DNA from: Octopus vulgaris
Lineage: Eukaryota
Reading direction: 5' to 3'
Length of the DNA stretch: 64,000 bases
NCBI GenBank assembly: GCA_951406725.2
Contig: OX597832.1
Span: 20,150,001-20,214,000, forward strand
Of this stretch, positions 55,209 to 64,000 are shown piece by piece. The stretch's first letter is position 1, and each line of letters opens with the position of its first letter. The notes under the pieces were generated by a model. It saw only the letters and a program-made list of their open reading frames with translations. It was not told the DNA's origin and did no database searches. Both the position numbers and the translations under genes were made by a program.

Positions 55209-55842
55209 CAGACAGATATATGTATGCGTGTGTTTATATATAAGTATATACACTCGTATTCTTGATGTATATGTGCATGTATGTGTTATGGTTGCATGTA
55301 TGCGTGTACGGCGGCCGTGTGCTTGAGTACATGCGTGTACGGGTATAGAAATTCAAGCAAACAGCAAGGACAGCGATACGATAGGTTCGGTACAAGATCT
55401 AATGGACTAACGGACATTAAGCTTATTAGTGTCTGTGTCATGTTGATTGAGTGGCTTTGCCAGGCAGCAGAGTACTCTCTTACGATTCACCTCACGAAAC
55501 ACCACTTCACTATCCAGTCCACCTCCCATACCATACAAAGGTTTCTGTTACTCGCAGTCATTATAGAAGATCTCTTTCTCCCTCTCTTCTTTCTTTCTCT
55601 CTTTCTTTCTTTCTTTCTTTCTTTCTTTTTTCCTTTCCTTCCTTCTTTCTGCCTTGCTTTCTAGCTTTCGTACTTTCTTCCATCGTTCTTCTTTTCTTCT
55701 CTCTTTCACCCTCTCTGTCTCTTATACACACACTCACACCACACAAGCTCTCTCTGTTTCTCTCTATCTATTTATCTAAATACCTATCTATCTTTCTATC
55801 TCTTTTTCTCTCACCCTCTCTCTCCCTCTCTCTCTTTTTCTC

Positions 55843-55879
<37 letters not shown>

Positions 55880-55969
55880 ATATATATATATGTAGGTCCC
55901 GGGTTGAGTCGGGGTTAACCACAGTAAATAAGGTACTCAATACATAGCAGAGTAAAGTAATTAGTAAAG

Positions 55970-56026
<57 letters not shown>

Positions 56027-56084
56027 TATACATATACATGTTTGTCTATCGAAATCTCTTTATCTATCTATCTATCAATCTATT

Positions 56085-56222
56085 GACCCGAGGACTTATT
56101 CTTTGTACGCCTAATACTTATTCTATCAGTCTCTTTTGCCGAACCGTTAAGTTACGGTGACGCAAACACACCTGCATTGGTTGTCAAGCGATGTTGGGGT
56201 ACAAACACAGACACACAAACAT

Positions 56223-56270
<48 letters not shown>

Positions 56271-56423
56271 GACGGGCTTCTTTCAGTTTCCGTCTACCAA
56301 ATCCACTCATAAAGCTTTGGTCGGCCCGAGGCTATAGAAGACACTTGCCCAAGGTACCACGCAGTGGGACTATACCCGGACCATGTGGTTGATAAGCAAG
56401 CTACTTACCACACAGCTACTCCT
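56085..56423 (-). mobile_element. SINE-B lacking its 3' tail
   Basis: Same head and body. Confidence 0.88.
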
Positions 56424-56493
56424 TTACATATAAAACACATATATATGTGTGTGTATATATGTATATATATGAATATATATATGTATATGTATG

Positions 56494-56571
<78 letters not shown>

Positions 56572-57569
56572 GAGAGAGAGAAAGTGAGACAGATGCACAC
56601 ATATATGTGTGGGAATGTATGTATGTTTGTTAGTATATCTGTGTATGTGTAATCTCCTATATATATACATATCTATAGAACCATAGAAATACGTGTGTTG
56701 CACCACTTTTCCTTCACGTCAAATGTTAAAATTTGCAATCGATTGATTGAGATCGATACAAAGAATTCCAGATTAATACCAGACTATGGAGCACTACCGC
56801 TATCGTAGTAGCAATGCTTTTCCCTTTATAGGTATTGAAATCTATCAACCTCAGAATAATGAAACAGAAAGAGAGAGAAGTTAGGCCGTCTTCGAAAAGC
56901 AGCGAGGAAGATGTGATAGTGACTTGGTGAATGTTAGAAAGAATGAGGGGACAGAGAGAGATGGAAAGATGGGGGGTAAATGAGACCTGAAGAGAAAGAA
57001 AGTGGGGATGAAAACAGAAGATGTAGAGTTAAAGTATAAAGAGCTAAGTACTAAATTTTTCCCGTAAGTTTCTCTAGTGTTTTTGCCATCCACTCCCTAG
57101 CGGTAATAACGATCGTAATAGCAAAACAAACTGAACATTCCATACGTGCCACAAGATGTTTTCAATCAGTTTACCCAAGAAGTAAAAAGTAAGATATTGG
57201 TATTTATTTTATTGACACCCTACTCTTCTCCATTTTAAAGTCTCCAAGTCATCGCGACGGTAATTTCATAACTCACGTATAATAGGTATCACAAGCGCAC
57301 ACACAGTTTACGCTAAATGTACGCAAGACATATACACATGAAACATATGTATGCGTATTATCAGCACAGACACACAAACACGTAGAAACTCCAATATACG
57401 AATACATATGTATGTTTTCCATCAGGTGTCTTTTTCCCTAACTACAATGGTGTTTTATTTATATTATTCAAGTGTCGTGTAAACACACACAAACACACAC
57501 ACACATACACACATCCATACATTCATATATATACATTTATATATATACATATGTGTGTCTGTCTGTCCG

Positions 57570-57603
<34 letters not shown>

Positions 57604-57615
57604 GATGTGTGTATA

Positions 57616-57681
<66 letters not shown>

Positions 57682-58046
57682 CATGTGCTTGTTGTGCTTG
57701 TGTATAAGTATAACTGTATTAGGGTATTATATACACACACAAATTTATGTTTATATACCTATGTACACCTGTGTGTGTATGTGTGTGTGTGCGTGTGTGC
57801 GTATATATGTATATATTAGAATTTTCTGTTAGCATATTCTTCTCACCGTGCGAGAAATCTTTCAACCTGAAGAGTATAATTTCGTTTCGTTTACCTATTT
57901 ATTTATTTATGTTTACATATATTTATTTTTTATATTATTTTATATTATTTTTACGTACTTTTTTCTTAATATTCAAGTTTCAGGGAAGTAAGTCATCACA
58001 CATCCGTGTAAGAGAAACCTCACTCAGATTGACAAAACGAATTATG

Positions 58047-58285
58047 CTATTTAAACAAACATCTCGTTAATGCTGGTATGTTGAATTTTAACCCGGTAGA
58101 AGGCGCACATTTTTGACAACGACACATCGGACAATATTTGCCTTGGTACCTAAAAACAAAAACGATGTTATTACATATGACCTTAGTAGGTTTGTCCGAT
58201 AAAGACATATCCGGCCCGGGAGGGGGCAAATCAATGTTTTGGGGGAACGTAGGATAGTTATTAAATTTATCAGACTGTTTGATAA
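58047..58285 (-). CDS. Candidate terminal coding exon, Pro- then Cys-rich, product unknown
   Basis: Minus strand taattttctag|TT ATC ... open for 78 codons: IKQSDKFNNYPTFPQNIDLPPPGPDMSLSDKPTKVICNNIVFVFRYQGKYCPMCRCQKCAPSTGLKFNIPALTRCLFK*. AATAAA about 120 nt downstream (weak evidence in AT-rich DNA). Confidence 0.4.
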
Positions 58286-58346
58286 CTAGAAAATTACTAT
58301 TTTTTAAATCTCACGATGTGAGATATTCAGCAACAGTACTTTGTAG

Positions 58347-58655
58347 TAAAGATTGTTTGCCAATATAACATGGCAGTCCTAGTTTAGGACGAATGTTTCT
58401 GTAATTTAGCCCCAGGAGACAACGTCTCCAGCTGGCTAAGCGACACGATCTGTGTCCTTTTATTTTCGAACAAAGGAAATTGCGATACACAGATATTGTT
58501 TTGAGCTAAGTGGGGGTGCTAGATTCCCTTGTTCGAAAATATAAGGACACAGATCGTGTCGCATAGCCAGCTGGAGACCATGTCTCCTGGGGCTAAACTA
58601 CAGCAACATTGGTCCTAATCCAGGACTGCCATGTTTTGAAGGCAAACAATCTTTA
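58347..58655. repeat. Long inverted repeat: 132-bp arms (58347-58478, 58524-58655), 45-bp spacer
   Basis: taaagattgtttgcc...cgaacaaaggaa versus ttcccttgttcg...ggcaaacaatcttta, colinear with scattered mismatches. Confidence 0.92.
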
Positions 58656-58894
58656 TTGATAGCTGTTTTTTTCTCGTTTATCGTAGAAGTTAAGCTAAAA
58701 ATTAAGACTATAGGCATCGGGATTTCAATGAATTATATTATAACCCTCACCCAATTCTTACGATTTCTTAAAATAACAGATTTTGAAGAGGAAATAATTG
58801 ATAAAGGGAGAATGAAGACAGGTAAAGCTGACTTCAATAGGTTTTGAACTCAAATCAATACAGATCATAGTAGATTATGAAACACCCTTCCCAT

Positions 58895-59100
58895 GAAAGG
58901 CACAAGGCCTGAAACGTTAGGCTAGGAGGCTTGTCGCCTACTTCCCTCGCCCGTCAACGTTCTGTTGGTAGTTTTATTCAATCGACTACAAATGGATGAA
59001 AGGCAAAATCGACCTCAGTGAAATTTGAACTCGGGACGTAAAGACGAAGGAAATGCCGCTAAGCGCGACGTCTTAACGATTCTACCAGCTCACCTCCTCA
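58895..59100 (-). mobile_element. SINE-A, decayed
   Basis: ggatgaaaggcaaaatcgacctc...atttgaactc. Confidence 0.8.
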
Positions 59101-59114
59101 GTTGAATGTGAAAT

Positions 59115-59465
59115 GTTAGTTAGTTAAGTTAGTTAATTTTTTTGCTCAAAAGCAAAAAGCAAGGCCATGTAGGGGGACATAGAGTTAAGTACAGGGCGGT
59201 GTTCATGTAAAGAGTTCAGGCCACTTCAGGTCAAGGGAGACTTTGAACAAAGCGGTCGTCGGCATCTTCACCATCTCGTCTGGCAGCTTGTTCCACGGAT
59301 CCGCAACCCGGACGGAGAAAGCTCCTCTCTTTCGATTGAGATGAAATCGTCGCAGGTAGAGCTTTTCGGAATGACCCCGCAGCCGACGCTCTGGAGCAGG
59401 AGTGAAGAACAGCTCTTTCGAGAGGTTACACTTTCCGCTTATGATGTTGTGAGCAAGAATGAGAT
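59115..59465 (-). mobile_element. CR1-clade LINE 3' fragment, second family
   Basis: Uninterrupted LILAHNIISGKCNLSKELFFTPAPERRLRGHSEKLYLRRFHLNRKRGAFSVRVADPWNKLPDEMVKMPTTALFKVSLDLKWPELFT* (stop 59203-59205): CR1 RGH..KL...FS.RV...WN.LP...FK..LD motif; (AACT)n tail. Confidence 0.9.
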
Positions 59466-59672
59466 GTAAACAACAGTAATAAATTGCTTGCTAGTTTCAA
59501 ACATATGAATCCCTGCTCCAGAAATTAACGTGTAAGTGGTTGAATATTCCACATATACGCGTAGATTTATCATTATTCTTAGGCACAGAATCTGAGTGAC
59601 AAACTGTAGCAAGGCTGCATCTTCTATTACAAATACGTTCCAAAGGGGATTAAAAATAATACCCGTATATTA

Positions 59673-60260
59673 AGGCGGCGAGGTGCCACAATCGTTAACA
59701 CGCCGGCAAAATACATTATTTCCTTTCGTCTGTATTCATGTTCTAAGTTCAAATTCTGCCGAGGTCGATTTTACCAAACAGCTTTTCGGGTTCGACAAAA
59801 TAAGTTAACTGAGCACTAGGGACCAATGTAATTGAGCTACACTCTTCCTCGACATTGCTGGTCTTGGGCCAATATTTTGCAATGGATATTACTTTATTTT
59901 CTAAGGCAGCGAGCTTATAAAATCGTTAACATGCTGGACGAAATGCATCTTTATGTTGTGAGTGGAAACTCTGCTGAGACCGACTTTAGTTTTTCATCGT
60001 GTATATATATATATATATGTATGTATATGTATTTATATGTTTGTGTGTCTGTGCTTGTCCCCCCACCATCGCTTGACAACCGATGATGGGGTGTTTAGAT
60101 CCCCGTCAAATAGCGGTTCGGCAAGAGAGCACAATAGAATAAGTACTAGGCTAACAAAGAATAAGTCCTGGTTCTATTTGCTCGACTAAAGGCGGTGCTC
60201 CAACATGGCCGCAGTTAAATGACTGAAACAAATAAACAAATAAAAGAAACAAAGTAAAAA
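59673..60260 (+). mobile_element. Decayed SINE-A copies followed by a SINE-B 3' half
   Basis: aagttcaaattctgccgaggtcga; ctcgactaaaggcggtgctccaacatggccgcag. Confidence 0.8.
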
Positions 60261-62157
60261 GTAATATTTATTATATATGGCGGTGCGCATGATGTTCAAG
60301 AAGTTAAAGTATTTTTGAACAACGTAAATTCGTAAAACATGTCCATCATTTTCAGTCCACACAACGCCCATCCCAAGTAGGCTTGGCTTTTCCCCGTGAG
60401 AAACACTGCCTACAGGGCAGGAACGAAACAGCCAGTCAGTTTTATTATGCAGTTCTGATTATACTGTTGTATCAGTTTACAGCTTTGAGGATTGGCCCAT
60501 CTGAGAATTATGTAGCTTCATCAAGGACACAGCAATGTCAGCGTTAATAAAAAATGACTCGGTACAAATGAACTTGTGGATGTATAACGTATTCTGTGTA
60601 TACGGTCAACAATGCTCTTACGGACATAGAATACTCTTTCACAGGCATACATCCATATACACGTACATATATATTTATGATTATGTAAATATTTATCATA
60701 TACATGCATACAAACACGCACATATATACATATATATATACATATACATATGTATATATATGTATATATATGTATACATATGCATGCATGTATATATATC
60801 TTTATATATATCCATATATATTTTCGTATAAAATATATGCATATACCGATATATGTATGTAGATATATATATACGCATAGATTACTGTGTATACATGTAT
60901 ATTTTATGCATCTGTGGGCGTGGGTGTGTGGATGTGCACAGGCATACATATGTGTAGATGAGTAAAAATGTGTGTTTGTGTGTGTGTGTATGTGTGTTTG
61001 TATGTGTGCTTGTGTGTGTGTCTTTGTGATTGAGTGTCTGTATTCAGTCTTCGAATGTAGACGTCTGCTAAGAAAATTAAATATATTCATACACACACAC
61101 ACAGACGCTCACACACGCATATATGCATGCATACACACATACACACCACACATATACAAACACACACACACACACACACACCTTGACAGACAAAGGAGAG
61201 AGTGTGAAGGGGAGAGAATGAGGAAATAGGAGCGAGGCGTGTGTGTTCCTGTGTATGTGTGTGTGTATGTGTGTGTGCGTGCGTGTGTGTGTGTGTGTGT
61301 GTCAGAAAAATTTAAAAGTATTATAATAATCAAGTTTAATCGGTGAAGAGTCTCAAGGATATAAGGAGAAAAACCAATATTCTATGAGAAAATATGTAAA
61401 CAAGACTAATGGGAAAGCTGAACGCTAAAGGAACTAACGTGTAATTGAAACGCAAACAGTGAGACAGAAATAGGCTTGGTCGGGTGCGGGCGATTATTAT
61501 TGTAGTTGTTGTTATGGTAATGATGATGATGATGGTCATCGTCATCGTCATCATCGTCGTCATCATTATGATCATCATCATCATCATCGTGATCATGATC
61601 ATGACCATGATATATCAACGTCAAGAAGGCTAGAAGATTATGAGGACGAAAGCTTATAGTTAAGTGCTATGCTTAATGCCTCTTCTGATTATGATGACGA
61701 TGATGATGATGATGAGGAGGAGGAGGAGGATGATGGTGGTGGTGAGGATGACGATGATGACGATGATGGTGACGACAGTGATGACGTTGATGATGACGAT
61801 GATGATGAGGCCGAATATCAGAGCCGTCATCGATCGCGACCGTCTTCGTTTTTTTTTCTATGTTTAGCCCTAGGTCAATTAATCCTGATAGAGCGGGAAT
61901 TATGACCTGCAAATAAGGTCATATTTCTTTCAATCTTACCTCTACCTACAGTGATATATAAGGCGGGAAAATACGAAATAATGTAGTCCAACACATCTGT
62001 AAAAAAAAAACAGAGTGGTCATGCCTGGAATGCAGATTTGCATAATCGTTAACGAATAGGATATAATGCCTTGTGATGTTTCCTCCGATGCGTTACGTTC
62101 TGGGTTCATATTCCACTGACGACAACTTTGTGCATCATCATTCAGGAGTTAATATAA

Positions 62158-62385
62158 TGGCGAGCTGGCAGAATCGTTAGCACGCCGGTCGAAATGCTTG
62201 GCGGTATTTCGTCTGCCATTACGTTCTGAGTTCAAATTCCGCCAAGATAATCTTTGCCTGTCGTCCTTTCGGGGTCGATTAAATAAGTACCAGTGCACAC
62301 TGGGGTCGATGTACTTGACTTAATCCCTTTGTCTGTTCTTGCTTGTCTCCTCTCTGTTTAGCTCCCTGTGAGCAATAAAAGAATA
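62158..62385 (+). mobile_element. SINE-A monomer
   Basis: ggcgagctggcagaatcgttagcacgccgg ... gcaataaaagaata. Confidence 0.9.
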
Positions 62386-62439
62386 AATATAATATATAAT
62401 ATAGTACCATGCAAGTTTTCGGGACGATGTAATCTTGAT

Positions 62440-62515
62440 TTTGCCGAACCGCTAAGTTATGGGAACGTAAACAAACCAGAATTGGTTGACAAGCGATGTT
62501 GGGGGGACAGACACA

Positions 62516-62549
<34 letters not shown>

Positions 62550-62574
62550 CTCTCTCACTCACACACACAAACAC

Positions 62575-62607
<33 letters not shown>

Positions 62608-62774
62608 CTTATATACGACGGGCTTCTTTGAGTTTGCGTCTACCATATCCACTCACAAGTCTGGTCGGCTAGAGGCTATAGTAGAAAACACTTGCCCAAG
62701 TTGCCACGCAGTGTGATTGAACCCGGAACCATGTGGTTGGTAAGCAAGCTACTTACCACACACCCACTCCTGCA

Positions 62775-62778
<4 letters not shown>
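62440..62778 (-). mobile_element. SINE-B lacking its 3' tail
   Basis: ttttgccgaaccgctaagt ... ctacttaccacacacccactcctgc. Confidence 0.88.
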
Positions 62779-62822
<44 letters not shown>

Positions 62823-63490
62823 TATATATATATATATATATAGACATACACCTATATATATACATACACACACACACATATAAATATTCAAACACAAATA
62901 CATATCCGTTAAGATGTAAAGAGACATGTTGTCCAAGATCTAGCACCAAGCATTTCAGATGAGACAGGCGGCTAGTGACTAGCCGCTACTCGATTAAAGG
63001 TAGTTAAAGCCGCCGACCGGCTGGCCTTGTGTCCACTGTAGCAATTTCGGTAGACAAGTACAGACTACTTAATGAATATGATTATCATTTCACACAGTTT
63101 AATTTTGACTCCCCTGGTGGTGTTGGTCGTGGTATTCTTGATGGTGGACGTAGTTGTCGCCGTCGTCGTCGTCGCCGTGCTCGATCATCTGACCCCTGCG
63201 GTGTGGGCTCCACCGGCTTCACATACCTAATCAGTCGAGCTATGCTGTCCGTCTTGCTTCTATGAATGCTGCATAGGCTGCCAAAGACGCTGGTCAAGAC
63301 AAATTTGTTAAGCTACCTTGCTTCGCTCATTTTCTCAATCTCTCATTCACGTAGTAAAGTCCCTATAATTTATAACTGTATTCTATCTCTTTATCCTTCT
63401 ATATCCGCTCCATCCCGCTTTCTCTCTTACTTTCACTATCTAATACATGCATGCCAACGTATACATGTATAAACATACATACATGCATAC

Positions 63491-63543
<53 letters not shown>

Positions 63544-63583
63544 TATATATATGGAAATACTTCTTCTTCCCTCTCAGATACAA

Positions 63584-63641
<58 letters not shown>

Positions 63642-63922
63642 ACACACACACATACACATACACACAGGTTTTCTCTCTCTCACTTCCTCCTCACCCACCT
63701 CACCCTCTTATACTGTCTTATTCCTCCCCACTACTACGAAACTCTATAAAATGTTCAAATTCCCCACAAAGGGATCAATTTGATTTGAAAACCCCACTGG
63801 AATGGGAGAAAGCGCTAATAATCCGAATGTTATGATCTGAATGATATGATATATATATGTAAAAAATGTAATATATAAATAAATATCTATAAATATGAAC
63901 CATCCGATATGATTACCTCATT

Positions 63923-63964
<42 letters not shown>

Positions 63965-64000
63965 AGCTTAGAGAAGAAGAAGAAACGAAACGAAACGAAA

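Noticed and set aside
61669-61905. Acidic D/E-rich ORF
   Set aside because: (GAT/GAG)n repeat with open frames on both strands and no flanking coding signal.

Overview
AT-rich, repeat-saturated animal genomic DNA with no complete protein-coding gene. The SINE families and microsatellite load point to an octopod (Octopus-like) genome, intronic or intergenic; this is inference from pattern recognition, not a database result. Almost every ORF in the supplied track is a microsatellite or SINE translation artefact. The window holds two very abundant tRNA-derived SINE families (here SINE-A and SINE-B) plus rarer ones, 3' fragments of RTE and CR1-type LINEs, Penelope-like terminal fragments, non-autonomous Helitron/Helentron elements, Tc1/mariner and pogo-type remnants, and foldback elements. 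Most interesting signals: (1) minimal hammerhead-ribozyme motifs with stem covariation in the Penelope-like fragments; (2) SINE-A multimers at five loci sharing one palindromic junction; (3) a 132-bp-arm foldback with nested hairpins and a diverged homologue 57 kb away; (4) a 3' signature shared by SINE-B and two CR1-type LINEs; (5) isolated candidate exons, two on the minus strand sharing an RYQG motif. Repeat boundaries are read by eye and are approximate to roughly 10 nt unless motifs are quoted.
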